A stretch of 64,000 nucleotides of DNA from Bacteroides sp. (GCA_023666705.1 JAMPBO010000006.1:32461-96460), one strand, 5' to 3'; counted from the first letter of the stretch, positions 38,319 through 48,310 are shown. Numbers and translations: made by a program. The notes: a model not told the origin generated them from the letters alone.

Positions 38319-39755
38319 ATGGCGAAGGAAAAAAAATTAGTAGAACAGATAACTTCCATGGATGAAGATTTTCCACAGTGGTATACAGATGTGGTTACAA
38401 AAGCAGGTCTTATTGATTATACAAGCGTTAAAGGGTGTATGGTTTTAAAGCCTGCGGGCTATGCAATATGGGAGCTGATACAAAAACAGCTCGATGAACG
38501 GTTTAAGGCAACTGGCGTTGAAAATGTATATCTTCCAATGTTTATACCTGAAAGCCTGCTTCAGAAAGAGAAGGATCACGTTGAGGGCTTTGCCCCTGAG
38601 GTTGCATGGGTAACACATGGAGGACTGAATCCGCTTCAGGAAAGAATGTGTGTAAGACCTACATCGGAGACATTATTCTGCGATTTTTACAGTAAAGAAA
38701 TCCAGTCCTACAGAGATCTTCCAAAGGTGTATAACCAGTGGTGTTCTGTTGTAAGATGGGAGAAGGAGACAAGACCTTTTTTGCGTTCCAGAGAGTTTTT
38801 GTGGCAGGAAGGACATACGGCACATGCCACTGCAGAAGAGGCGGAGGAACGGACAATACAGATGTTAAATGTATATGCTGATTTCTGCGAGGAGGTTCTT
38901 GCAATGCCTGTCATAAAGGGCAGAAAAACCGATAAGGAAAAATTTGCAGGTGCAGAGGCTACCTATACCATTGAGGCACTGATGCACGATGGAAAGGCAC
39001 TCCAGTCAGGAACCAGCCATAATTTTGGGGACGGCTTTGCAAAAGCCTTTGACATTCAATATACCGATAAGGAGAATAAGCTCCAATATGTACATCAGAC
39101 ATCGTGGGGAATGACCACAAGGTTAATTGGAGCGATTATCATGGTGCATGGGGACGACAGCGGACTTGTGCTTCCGCCGAAAATTGCACCTACACAGGTT
39201 ATGATAGTCCCAATCATGCAGAAAAAGGAAGGCGTGCTTGAAAAGGCGGAGGAGCTTAGAGCGATGTTAGCGGCATCTGTCCGTGTTAAGGTTGATGCCT
39301 CAGATAAAAATCCGGGATTTAAATTTGCAGAGCAGGAAATGAGAGGAATTCCGTTAAGGGTAGAGGTGGGACCAAAGGATATTGAGGCAGGACAGGCTGT
39401 TATTGTCAGACGGGATACGCGGGAAAAAACGATAGTAAGCTTTGACGTGCTTTCCGAAAAGGTAAATGAAATACTCGCCCAAATGCAGGATGACATGTTT
39501 GAACGTGCGAGGAAGCACCGTGATGAAAACACCCGTACTGCCACGAACTGGGAGGAGTTTACAGATATACTGGAACATAAACAGGGCTTTATCAAGGCTA
39601 TGTGGTGTGGAGAGGAAGAATGTGAGACTGCCATAAAGGATGAAACGGGAGCAACAACAAGATGTATGCCGTTTACCCAGGAGCGGCTTGCAGAGACGTG
39701 TGTTCACTGCGGTAAGCCTGCAAAGCACATGGCTTACTTTGGAAAAGCGTACTAA
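38319..39755 (+). CDS. proS: Prolyl-tRNA synthetase, archaeal/eukaryotic-type (class IIa, no INS editing domain)
   Basis: ~478 aa with class-II motifs (FRxE region [10 protein letters not shown]; GxGxGxxR-like HQTSWG). A C-terminal Zn-binding CxxC...C domain is characteristic of the ProRS-C type. No T-box leader fits in the 60-bp upstream gap. Confidence 0.9.
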   Translation: MAKEKKLVEQITSMDEDFPQWYTDVVTKAGLIDYTSVKGCMVLKPAGYAIWELIQKQLDERFKATGVENVYLPMFIPESLLQKEKDHVEGFAPEVAWVTHGGLNPLQERMCVRPTSETLFCDFYSKEIQSYRDLPKVYNQWCSVVRWEKETRPFLRSREFLWQEGHTAHATAEEAEERTIQMLNVYADFCEEVLAMPVIKGRKTDKEKFAGAEATYTIEALMHDGKALQSGTSHNFGDGFAKAFDIQYTDKENKLQYVHQTSWGMTTRLIGAIIMVHGDDSGLVLPPKIAPTQVMIVPIMQKKEGVLEKAEELRAMLAASVRVKVDASDKNPGFKFAEQEMRGIPLRVEVGPKDIEAGQAVIVRRDTREKTIVSFDVLSEKVNEILAQMQDDMFERARKHRDENTRTATNWEEFTDILEHKQGFIKAMWCGEEECETAIKDETGATTRCMPFTQERLAETCVHCGKPAKHMAYFGKAY

Positions 39756-39757
39756 AA

Positions 39758-39897
39758 AAAGAGGGCTGTCACAGTAAGGATTTAAGGCACACTTAAAATT
39801 ACACTGACAAGCCCTCTTTTATTTTGTATTTTTATAGTTACCGACTATCTTTAGCATATTGATATTTTGTCTTTTCTGTTATGTGCGACAGCCCCGC
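39758..39897 (+). repeat. Repeat family B copy 3 (solo, MITE-like, ~10-bp imperfect terminal inverted repeats); its hairpin is the proS terminator
   Basis: gagggctgtcacagtaaggatttaaggcacacttaaaattacactgacaagccctc + TTTTATTTTG, then a tail ending ...gtgcgacagcccc. Start GGGCTGTCAC and end GCGACAGCCC are inverted. Confidence 0.7.
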
Positions 39898-39900
39898 TTT

Positions 39901-40089
39901 TTAGTTCTCCATCATCTCTTCCTTTTGTTTTGCCGTATCCTTTAGGACTTCGTCGTATCCTGTCAGTGCTGAAAATGGGGAAAACTGGGCGGCACGGTCA
40001 TATATGGACATGTGCGGTCTGGTTTTCGACTGATGGTGAGGCAAATTGATGATGTCGTCATATTTGTGTATGTCAGTTTGGTTGGTCAT
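39901..40089 (-). CDS. Small protein co-transcribed after the Y-family polymerase; possible YolD-like (UmuD-analogue) protein
   Basis: 62 aa (MTNQTDIHKYDDIINLPHHQSKTRPHMSIYDRAAQFSPFSALTGYDEVLKD...). Position and size match yolD/yqzH-type partners of UmuC-like genes in Firmicutes. The family assignment is by context and weak motif recall only. Confidence 0.35.
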   Translation of the reverse strand: MTNQTDIHKYDDIINLPHHQSKTRPHMSIYDRAAQFSPFSALTGYDEVLKDTAKQKEEMMEN

Positions 40090-40176
40090 GGTGCTGTCTC
40101 CTTAAATCTAAAATTTCGTGGAACTGTTGCATTTATTACAACACAAATTGATTGAAACCGTTTATTTTGGTGGCAT

Positions 40177-41706
40177 TTACGCTTTATGTCCGCCAATCTG
40201 TGCATTCCGGTCCTTGGCAGTTGCACCCTCCGTGTAGCTTGTCCCTTTTAAAATGGCATTTTTGCCATACTTTTTCTTGATATTAAGCAGAGCTTCCTGC
40301 AAATGGCGTTCTTTTTCAAGCCCGGCTTCCTCCTGTGCCCGCTTTTGTTCTATCATTTCATAGTCTGTAAATAAATCAAGCTGCTCATAAACCTCCTGTT
40401 TGGTTACGGATGTTTCATCAACTACTTTATTTGCTGTTAATGTAATTCTTCTGATAAGCAGGTTTTTGTCAACAATGCGGTCGTAAAGTCTGGTGGCGGC
40501 ATCAAGAAGCATGGAGGAGGATGAGGTTTGTCTTGTAAGATTTTCCGTTCCATGTGCATGCTTAGGGATGCTGCGTCCGTATCGGTCCATTGTAATTTCA
40601 CCTTTGTATTGTTTCCTGCGTTCCGGGTCGGAAAGATTTTCCCGGTCATAGCCAATCGTCAGTACAAGCTGGTTTGTTACCAGTTTTTTGTCCAATAAGT
40701 CAAGTGCAAGGGCATCTGTCATTTCACGGACTACAATTTTTGCTTTCTCAAATGTATATGGACACTGAAGAACCTGTCCCGAACATATGCTGTTGCTTTC
40801 AGGCTTATAGGACTTGATATCAGAAATTTGGCATGGCTCCCATCCCCACGCATGGTCGATAAGAAGCTCTGCATTAATTCCAAACATTTTATAAAGCAAA
40901 TCCTCGTTGTAATAATCGTTGGCACCGCCGAGGGAACATTTTGCTACATCACCCATAGTATAAAGACCTGCTTCCTCAAGCTTTTTTGCATAGCCTCTGC
41001 CGATTCGCCAAAAGTCCGTTAATGGTCTGTGTCCCCACAAAAGTCTGCGGTAGGACATTTCGTCAAGCTCGGCAATACGGACGCCGTCCTTGTCCGCATC
41101 CATATGCTTTGCTACAATATCCATTGCAATTTTACATAAATAGAGATTGCTGCCTATCCCTGCAGTTGCAGTTATGCCTGTTGTTTTTAAGACGTCCCGG
41201 ATCATGGTCATGGCAAGCTCATGTGCCGTCATTTGATAAGTTTTAAGATAATGGGTTGAGTCGATAAAAACCTCATCAACGGAATAAACATGGATGTCTT
41301 CAGGTGCAATATATTTCAGGTATACATTATAAATCTGTGAGCTTACTTCCATGTATTTTGCCATGCGGGGACTTGCAATGATATAGTCAATTGCACAGTC
41401 AGGAGAGGTACGAAGTACAGTCGCATCGCTGGATTTGCCTGTAAACTGACGATTTGGTGCCTGTTGTTTTCGTTTTGCATTTGCGGCATTTACCCTTTGA
41501 ATGACTTCAAACAAACGTGGACGTCCGGGAATTCCATAGCTTTTCAGGGACGGGGAAACGGCAAGGCAAATTGTTTTTTCCGTGCGGCTTTCGTCTGCGA
41601 CTACAAGATTGGTGGTCATTGGATTTAATCCGCGGCTCATACATTCTACAGAAGCGTAGAATGACTTTAAATCTATGGCAATGTAGCGTTGGTTTTCGTT
41701 TGACAT
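40177..41706 (-). CDS. Y-family (UmuC/DinB-like) translesion DNA polymerase
   Basis: RBS GAGGAG precedes the Met at 41706. YIAIDLKSFYASVE is the Y-family palm start. ~510 aa with a C-terminal extension. Confidence 0.8.
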   Translation of the reverse strand: MSNENQRYIAIDLKSFYASVECMSRGLNPMTTNLVVADESRTEKTICLAVSPSLKSYGIPGRPRLFEVIQRVNAANAKRKQQAPNRQFTGKSSDATVLRTSPDCAIDYIIASPRMAKYMEVSSQIYNVYLKYIAPEDIHVYSVDEVFIDSTHYLKTYQMTAHELAMTMIRDVLKTTGITATAGIGSNLYLCKIAMDIVAKHMDADKDGVRIAELDEMSYRRLLWGHRPLTDFWRIGRGYAKKLEEAGLYTMGDVAKCSLGGANDYYNEDLLYKMFGINAELLIDHAWGWEPCQISDIKSYKPESNSICSGQVLQCPYTFEKAKIVVREMTDALALDLLDKKLVTNQLVLTIGYDRENLSDPERRKQYKGEITMDRYGRSIPKHAHGTENLTRQTSSSSMLLDAATRLYDRIVDKNLLIRRITLTANKVVDETSVTKQEVYEQLDLFTDYEMIEQKRAQEEAGLEKERHLQEALLNIKKKYGKNAILKGTSYTEGATAKDRNAQIGGHKA

Positions 41707-41857
41707 GTGTGGCTCCTCACTACCTGATGATTTACTGCTTGTTACCATATATATTGTGTACTGTTTCGTAAAATATGTCAAGAAATAGAACAAACTTTCA
41801 TAATTGCAGAAAAAGACAGCTTTTGTTGGTTGACAGGGAAGATAAATATAAAAATTT

Positions 41858-41900
41858 ATTGACTTTTTCTTGACTTTGCCCTAAGGTCAAGGTGTAAATT
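41858..41900 (+). promoter_or_regulatory. MerR-type promoter: -35 TTGACT, 19-bp spacer carrying dyad CTTGAC-N11-GTCAAG, -10 TAAATT
   Basis: ttgactttttCTTGACtttgccctaagGTCAAGgtgTAAATT. The over-long spacer with a centred dyad is the MerR operator hallmark. ~110 bp upstream of the MerR-TM gene. Confidence 0.55.
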
Positions 41901-42011
41901 CATGATGATTTTGGAGACGTCCCATTAAAAAAGGACAAAGACAAATACGCATAAGGGGCGAAATGTGACAGGCGATACATTTTGTCTTAGGTTGAAAGGG
42001 TGAATCTAATC

Positions 42012-43349
42012 ATGAAAATCAAAGAGGTAGAACAGTTGACGGGGCTGACTGCAAAAAGTATTCGGTATTATGAATCGAAGGGTCTGCTTGAGGTGGGCAG
42101 GGAGGAAGAAAATTCCTACCGCACCTACACAGAGGAAAATGTAAAGGAATTAAAGAAAATACGTCTGTTGCGTTTCCTTGATTTTAGCATTGAGCAGATT
42201 AGTGAGCTGCAGCATGCAGATGAAAAAAGCATTAAGGAAATTTTATTAAATAAGGCTGAGGAACTGGATAATTCAAGCAGAGACTTAAATATAAAGAAAG
42301 AGCTTTTGAGAACGCTTGGCGAGGATGGAATAACAAATGCCACAGTGGTGGAGGAATACAATTCGGTTTTTGACAAATATGGAGAAGAATGGCAGGATGG
42401 ATTGATAGAGAACCTTAAGGATTTTATGGTTCCATCGTTGACGGAGGTAATTGCATGTACATTCATATGGCTTGGACCTGTATTATGGCTGTTTTACAAT
42501 ATCCATATGCAAAAATGGCACGGCTTGGCTGCAAACGCAGTTCTTGCCCTATTGTTTACGGTATTTATAACATCGGAGTGGATACGGTATTTTAGAACAA
42601 GAAAATACCAGCCAAAGAGGATGAAAAAGAAAAACAGGGAGAACTTATATCTTTTCCCGGGAGCAATTGTGGGCGGAATTTTATGTCTTGCATTGATTAT
42701 CTTTGTTTATGTGATAGAGGAAATACTGTTTGCACCTGAAGAATGGTTGTTTTACCAGATGAAGCCTTTTGCTGAGTGGTGGTTGGTTTTGTGGGTTGGA
42801 ATACCTATATTTGTGATTGCATTGTGGGTGATGGAAAAGGTTTTCCATAAAAAACAGGACAAGGAGCAGGAGACGGACGGTGACGAAAAGACAAAAACGC
42901 ATAGCTTCCGCAAATATGGCTGGATTTTTGCTTTACTTTGGCTATTGGTCGTATATGTCTGTATTTCAAATGTCACCTTTGTAACGCAGGATGAAATCAT
43001 TGTGCACAGCCCGCTTTGTCCACAGGGCAAGAGCTACAACTATACAGACGTAGAAAAGGCGGAGGCATTTTTCGGAACGTCGGTGTTTACGTTCCCGTGG
43101 CAGGACTACAAAAGGTCGGGAAGCTTTTCTTACACGATTTATATTGATGGAAAACGAATTATATTTTCCCAGGCACAGGTGAACGGGGATATTACAAGAT
43201 ATGATGATACATATTTGGAGCTTGAGGAATTTGACGAAGCACTTATGCAGTGCGGCATTGCCAAGGAGTCTGGTGAAAAGGGGTATGAGGATTGCGGCTT
43301 TGATCAGGTCTATGTGGACAGATTTTTAAGAATTATCAATAACCGTTGA
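42012..43349 (+). CDS. Membrane-anchored MerR-family regulator (N-terminal HTH, 4 TM segments, C-terminal ~130-aa domain)
   Basis: MKIKEVEQLTGLTAKSIRYYESKGLL HTH. Hydrophobic segments are around residues 150-300. RBS AAAGGGTG precedes ATG at 42012. Confidence 0.7.
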   Translation: MKIKEVEQLTGLTAKSIRYYESKGLLEVGREEENSYRTYTEENVKELKKIRLLRFLDFSIEQISELQHADEKSIKEILLNKAEELDNSSRDLNIKKELLRTLGEDGITNATVVEEYNSVFDKYGEEWQDGLIENLKDFMVPSLTEVIACTFIWLGPVLWLFYNIHMQKWHGLAANAVLALLFTVFITSEWIRYFRTRKYQPKRMKKKNRENLYLFPGAIVGGILCLALIIFVYVIEEILFAPEEWLFYQMKPFAEWWLVLWVGIPIFVIALWVMEKVFHKKQDKEQETDGDEKTKTHSFRKYGWIFALLWLLVVYVCISNVTFVTQDEIIVHSPLCPQGKSYNYTDVEKAEAFFGTSVFTFPWQDYKRSGSFSYTIYIDGKRIIFSQAQVNGDITRYDDTYLELEEFDEALMQCGIAKESGEKGYEDCGFDQVYVDRFLRIINNR

Positions 43350-43364
43350 GAGTAAGGAGCAGCT

Positions 43365-43583
43365 ATGAAATTATTTAAAAGCAGGGAAATTGCAAAAACA
43401 TATGATAGTGAAAACCTGAAGCCTGTGCTGAAATGCAGCATATGCACAGGTGAACAGGTTGCGGGATTTCAAAATGTCCATACGGGGAAGTTCGAGGATG
43501 TAATGCTAATCCGTACAGAGGAGGATATAAAGAAATTTAAAAAACAGTATGGGATTACAGTGGAGATAGAGAAAATATACTAA
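43365..43583 (+). CDS. Small conserved hypothetical protein (72 aa, CSICTGE motif)
   Basis: Tightly coupled, 15 bp after the MerR-TM stop. Followed by an intrinsic terminator. Confidence 0.45.
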   Translation: MKLFKSREIAKTYDSENLKPVLKCSICTGEQVAGFQNVHTGKFEDVMLIRTEEDIKKFKKQYGITVEIEKIY

Positions 43584-43599
43584 TGTATCTGCATGGAAC

Positions 43600-43622
43600 A
43601 AAGTGCCTTCGGCACTCTTTAT
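43600..43622 (+). terminator. Rho-independent terminator
   Basis: AGTGCC-ttc-GGCACT followed by CTTT. Three further hairpins follow at 43650-43735 and serve the convergent minus-strand gene. Confidence 0.55.
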
Positions 43623-43759
43623 GCTACCACAACTTTAATGGCACTTTGGGCGAATCCTAGCAGGATTTTTAATCCTGCCTTATAAGAAAGTTCGAAGAAC
43701 TTTCTTATAAAGTAAAAAGGGGGCTGTCGTGCGGCAGCTCCCTGAAAATTCATCTTAAC

Positions 43760-44920
43760 TTATTGCTCTGTTATGTCGGTGTCATTTTTATCTTTAGGTG
43801 CAGAGTCAATTGTTGTTGCATCCGCTTGAACAGGTGTAGCATTATTGGCAGCAATTGTTGTCTGGGCAGGTGTTACGTCTGTCATCTGTGTTGCTGCTTT
43901 TCGGGCAACTTTCTTCTTGCGGAGCTTTCTCCACACGATAATTACGATTATCGCAATAATGATAATTGTGTAGATGTTCATAATGATACCGAATAAAAAT
44001 CTTTCAAGGAAGTCGAGGAAATTCTCCCATGAGTCGGCACATGTATTTTTAAAACGGTCAAGGAACGTCTCCGTGGAGGCTGGCTGTTCCTCATATTTGG
44101 ATACTTCCTTTATGTATATGTCTATATATGAGTATGCCACGTCATTTTCAATATTGGAAATGCCTGACTTTAAGCTTGCAATCTTAATCTGAATGTCAAA
44201 CAGCTCATTTTCAATCATAAGTGCATATTCGTCCTCAGTTGCTTTTTCCAACAGGCTTAAATATCTGGCATACTCAGCCTCATAAATTTCTAACTGGCTT
44301 TTATATGTACCATACTCCTGCGTTACATTTGTTACCACGGAGGAACGGTTTCTGATATCGCCAAAGGTATTTGCGGAATTCATGACTGCATCATACTCTG
44401 AGCTTGGAACTCTCACGGTAGCACTGTATATGTTGTGCTTTTCCGCACGTTCCACATAATAATAGCCGCTGTCTGAATAGCTGTCCGTGTAGGACTCATT
44501 TTCAACAAAGCCGCCCTTTTCGTTTATGAGTGCCTTGAAATCAGATACAGATTTGTCAAAATCAAGGGTATCAATGCTTAAATCGCCACGGTATACGAGC
44601 ATTTCTTTGCTCACCTTGCCTGCATTGCTGTCGCTGGCAGTCTGCTTGCTGTCAGCAGGGGCACTTGCCTGTTCGCCTGAAACTGCATCGGCAGAATTGG
44701 TACCATAGCCACCCTCCGCCATGGTTGCTGACTGTAGATAGTCGGATGATGTGTCGGCAGCCTCGTACATGACTTCCTCCTCATAATCTCCATCGTAGGC
44801 AACACCATTATCGTAAGCAGCTTCGGTTGCCATGGCATTTTTTGAGGTGTCAGATTTGCTGTTTCCGCAGCCCGTTAAAATGAGCAGCATACTGAGGGTA
44901 ATGAATAATCGTTTTTTCAT
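43760..44920 (-). CDS. DUF4349-like lipoprotein with C-terminal TM anchor
   Basis: Lipobox LILTGC. Ser/Thr/Ala-rich linker, coiled-coil middle, C-terminal TM IIMNIYTIIIIAIIVIIVW and basic tail. Confidence 0.45.
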   Translation of the reverse strand: MKKRLFITLSMLLILTGCGNSKSDTSKNAMATEAAYDNGVAYDGDYEEEVMYEAADTSSDYLQSATMAEGGYGTNSADAVSGEQASAPADSKQTASDSNAGKVSKEMLVYRGDLSIDTLDFDKSVSDFKALINEKGGFVENESYTDSYSDSGYYYVERAEKHNIYSATVRVPSSEYDAVMNSANTFGDIRNRSSVVTNVTQEYGTYKSQLEIYEAEYARYLSLLEKATEDEYALMIENELFDIQIKIASLKSGISNIENDVAYSYIDIYIKEVSKYEEQPASTETFLDRFKNTCADSWENFLDFLERFLFGIIMNIYTIIIIAIIVIIVWRKLRKKKVARKAATQMTDVTPAQTTIAANNATPVQADATTIDSAPKDKNDTDITEQ

Positions 44921-45017
44921 AAATATAAACTCCTTTCGTTTGTATATCTCGTTCTATATACAATATACGGATGCAATTTTGTTTTTTATGGAAAAAATTT
45001 AAAAATGGCTATAATTT

Positions 45018-46262
45018 TTACAAATCATAGCCATTTTTTACAAGAAGTTCACGTGCAGAGTCCACGGAGTCGATGCCTGTTTTATTTTTCACAGGTGCAA
45101 ATTCTTTGCTTCGTTCCACCTCGAATACAAGACAGTCGTCCATTTCATGTATCAGGTCAAGGGCAAGGGTCTCATATTTTAAACCGTTCGGTGCATCCGG
45201 CTCCACAAGGTGTCCGTTTTCATCTATGTGCGGGATAGCCTTTTTTACGATGTGAAGCGGCATTTTAATATTTAAGGTTTCTTTTAGTCTGTGAATCGGA
45301 AACAGATAATTTAATATAACGCCAAAGCCATATGCAAGGCTGCCATCAGGGTTCGTCTGGTTTTTCATTTCGTCCGACAGCTCATAGTATTCTATGATGT
45401 GGGGCTTTCCATTTTCAAGGCACATGGCACCAACCTTTTCGTCGGGTGCATTTTTTCTTATGACCTTGGCACCGCACATTTTATTGCTTGCAATTGTTGC
45501 CCCAAGAAATACAGGGTCGGCAATACGCTGCAAAACGTTGTCAACGGCAAAAACATTAATCCACTTTAAGTCAGAGTCAAATATGTCATCCAGCAGACCA
45601 GCCTTGTGCATGGAAGAAAACCATCCGCCGTTGCCATTTGGTGACATCGAAATAGAGCATTTGGAGTTCATAAGAATTTTACCGTCAAGGTCAGTGGTTG
45701 GATTTAACTCCTGAATGAAAAAATGGATATAGTCGGAGTTATACCCAAAATAATCATGCTCCTTAAAAAAAGCTGTGGTGTCCTCATAATTTATGTCACT
45801 TGTCATAATGTACAAATGAATCCATGTATCTGTAAGACGGACTACGTCGAGTGTATGCTCAATAAGGAGCTGGAATATAAATAAATCCCTGTTTATTCCC
45901 ATGTTGAAGGAGCCCTTGGGCTTGTCATAGCCAAGGCGGGTTCCCTGTCCGCCTGCAAGAAGCAGCAGGCAAAGCTTTCCCGCCTTGATTGCCTTGGTTC
46001 CGATGGCAGCATAGCTGTCGTAATTGTCCTTGATTGCATCAAGGGAGTGGGCACCCATTGGCTCGATTGTTCCCGAAACAAGCTTTTTGTTTCCGGAGCA
46101 GTCGTTGAAGCCCCAGTCAACCGCATTTATTTGTGCAAGCAGTGCAGATAATTCTGACTGGCTTAATTCGTCCGCATATTTTAGTAGGTGTTCCTGGTTA
46201 TGTTCCTTTAAAAGTGTTTTTGCAGTGTCAAGCTTGGATTGATTTACTGTACCTGAAAACAT
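45018..46262 (-). CDS. UDP-sugar (UDP-GlcNAc/UDP-hexose) pyrophosphorylase, eukaryotic UDPGP/UAP1 family
   Basis: LLLAGGQGTRLGYDKPKG nucleotide-binding signature. ~414 aa. Confidence 0.7.
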   Translation of the reverse strand: MFSGTVNQSKLDTAKTLLKEHNQEHLLKYADELSQSELSALLAQINAVDWGFNDCSGNKKLVSGTIEPMGAHSLDAIKDNYDSYAAIGTKAIKAGKLCLLLLAGGQGTRLGYDKPKGSFNMGINRDLFIFQLLIEHTLDVVRLTDTWIHLYIMTSDINYEDTTAFFKEHDYFGYNSDYIHFFIQELNPTTDLDGKILMNSKCSISMSPNGNGGWFSSMHKAGLLDDIFDSDLKWINVFAVDNVLQRIADPVFLGATIASNKMCGAKVIRKNAPDEKVGAMCLENGKPHIIEYYELSDEMKNQTNPDGSLAYGFGVILNYLFPIHRLKETLNIKMPLHIVKKAIPHIDENGHLVEPDAPNGLKYETLALDLIHEMDDCLVFEVERSKEFAPVKNKTGIDSVDSARELLVKNGYDL

Positions 46263-46263
46263 A

Positions 46264-47043
46264 TTATTTTTTAATCGCCTTTCTTATTTTTAGTGTTTCA
46301 TGAAATATCCGGAATATCTGTTTCAATGAAAATCTGGTCTTTTCAGTCTTTGCCCTGTTGTAATTTAATTCAATGGGAAGCTCAATAATCCTACAGCCCT
46401 GGCTGGATGCCTTTGCAAGGATTTCTATATCAAAGGCGTATCCATATGTTTGGAGTGAGCTGCAGATTGGCTTTATAACCTCCGATTTAAAAAGCTTAAT
46501 GCCTGTCTGAGTGTCCTTCAGCTTCAGATTAAATAAAAGCTTAAGTAAAACATAGTAGCCAACGCTTAAAACTTTTCGGCTGATTGGGTAGTTCAGCTTG
46601 GATTTTTTATGGAGCTTGGAGCCGATGGCAATGTCCGCGTCCGTCGTCTGTAGTGCCCTCAAAAAATACCGTAGCATTTTAGGGTTAAGCTCCATGTCCG
46701 AGTCTAAAAAAGCAATGTAATCTGCATTGGCGTGCTGTACGCCCTTTGTAATTGCATAGCCCTTTCCCATGTTATTGTGGTAGCTTACGTAAGCAATATG
46801 TGGGTCCGCTTTTGCCGCCTTAATTATCTGTTCGGCTGTATTGTCCGCACTTCCGTCATTTATGGCTATTATCTGATAGTTTCTCACAAAACCGGAAAGA
46901 ATATGTGATGCGTCAAGGAGATTTTCCTTAATTGCTGCACCCTCATTGTATGCCGGCATAACAACACACAAATAATATTTGTGTGAGAAGTGTTTTAGCA
47001 CTTCGCTGCATATGGTTTCATTTTGCTTTTTTAAATCTTTCAT
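46264..47043 (-). CDS. GT2 polyprenyl-phosphate sugar transferase (DPM1/GtrB/CsbB-like, no C-terminal TM domain)
   Basis: VVMPAYNEGAAI...INDGSAD...DSDME are GT2 DxD motifs. 259 aa. Stop is 1 nt before the UDPGP start. Confidence 0.75.
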   Translation of the reverse strand: MKDLKKQNETICSEVLKHFSHKYYLCVVMPAYNEGAAIKENLLDASHILSGFVRNYQIIAINDGSADNTAEQIIKAAKADPHIAYVSYHNNMGKGYAITKGVQHANADYIAFLDSDMELNPKMLRYFLRALQTTDADIAIGSKLHKKSKLNYPISRKVLSVGYYVLLKLLFNLKLKDTQTGIKLFKSEVIKPICSSLQTYGYAFDIEILAKASSQGCRIIELPIELNYNRAKTEKTRFSLKQIFRIFHETLKIRKAIKK

Positions 47044-47221
47044 TTACTACTCCTGACCTTCTAACTTTAAAAGCTTAAAAAATAAGAAACTAAAAAATTC
47101 ACATAAGTATAGCATAAAAATCCAATAAATACAAAACATAATTTTCTATTGTATTTTCCTGATGAATAATGTATTATATTTTGGAATTGCTTAGTAATTG
47201 TATGATACGTAGGAGGCGGTT

Positions 47222-48310
47222 ATGAGTAAAAGAAAAAAGAAAATGAGTGCAACTGCAAAATGGGCGATAGCATTCCTTGTTGAGCTTGCTGTGCTTATTA
47301 CCATGGTTGCAGGATATTTTGTATATTGGACAAATTCAAAGCTTGGAAATATACAGCATGTAGAAATACAGGTAGAAAACGTTGATATAAATGAAGGTGC
47401 GAACGAGGCACAAAAAGGATTTACTACCATAGCACTTTTTGGTATTGATGCAAGAAGTAATACGTCCATGGCTGAGGGTAACCGGACAGATGCCATTATG
47501 ATTGCAAGTATCAATAATGATACAAAGGAAGTTAAAATTGTTTCCGTATATAGGGATACTTTGTTGGAAATCAGGGACGGAAGTTCCATAACTTCAAAGG
47601 TAAATTCAGCGTATGCTTACGGCGGACCTGAGCTTGCACTTAAGACCCTGAATGCAAATCTTGACTTGGAGATAACAGAATTTGTAACGGTCAATTTCCT
47701 CGCCCTTACAAAGGCAGTAGATGATTTGGGCGGCATTGTCATCAATGTAAAGAGCAGCGAGCTCCCTGTATTAAATTCTTCCATACAGGAGCAGATTGGT
47801 GTTACGGGAATTTATTCTGATGGTGTATTTACTACAGGCGACCTGCTTTTAAATGGTACGCAGGCAACGGCATATGCACGTATCAGAAGCACGGACCGTG
47901 GCGACATAACCAGAACGGAGAGACAGCGTGAGGTGATTGCAAAGATGGTGGAAAAGGCAAAGAAGTCGGATATGGGAACCATTGAAGATATCATAGACGA
48001 TGTATTTCCAAATGTCTACACAAGTATTGACAAGAAGGAAATGATTAATCTTGCAACAAGCCTGTTCAGTTATTCCATGGGAGATACGGCTGGGTTCCCG
48101 TTTGTATATGCACCTGTAACGACTGACAGTAAGGGAGCCGTGCTTGTACCTGCAAACTTAGAGGCAAATGTATCGGCACTCCATGAATTTTTGTTTGGTA
48201 CAAAGGATTATGATCCGAGCCAGACTGTCAAAAATATAAGTAATCAGATTGAAAGTGAGACAGGAGTTGCGGAGCAGGAAATTAATGTTGAGGTTTTTAA
48301 TCCGGAATAA
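47222..48310 (+). CDS. LytR-CpsA-Psr (LCP) family cell-wall glycopolymer phosphotransferase
   Basis: N-terminal TM, then FTTIALFGIDAR...RTDAIMIASIN, the LCP core. Confidence 0.8.
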   Translation: MSKRKKKMSATAKWAIAFLVELAVLITMVAGYFVYWTNSKLGNIQHVEIQVENVDINEGANEAQKGFTTIALFGIDARSNTSMAEGNRTDAIMIASINNDTKEVKIVSVYRDTLLEIRDGSSITSKVNSAYAYGGPELALKTLNANLDLEITEFVTVNFLALTKAVDDLGGIVINVKSSELPVLNSSIQEQIGVTGIYSDGVFTTGDLLLNGTQATAYARIRSTDRGDITRTERQREVIAKMVEKAKKSDMGTIEDIIDDVFPNVYTSIDKKEMINLATSLFSYSMGDTAGFPFVYAPVTTDSKGAVLVPANLEANVSALHEFLFGTKDYDPSQTVKNISNQIESETGVAEQEINVEVFNPE

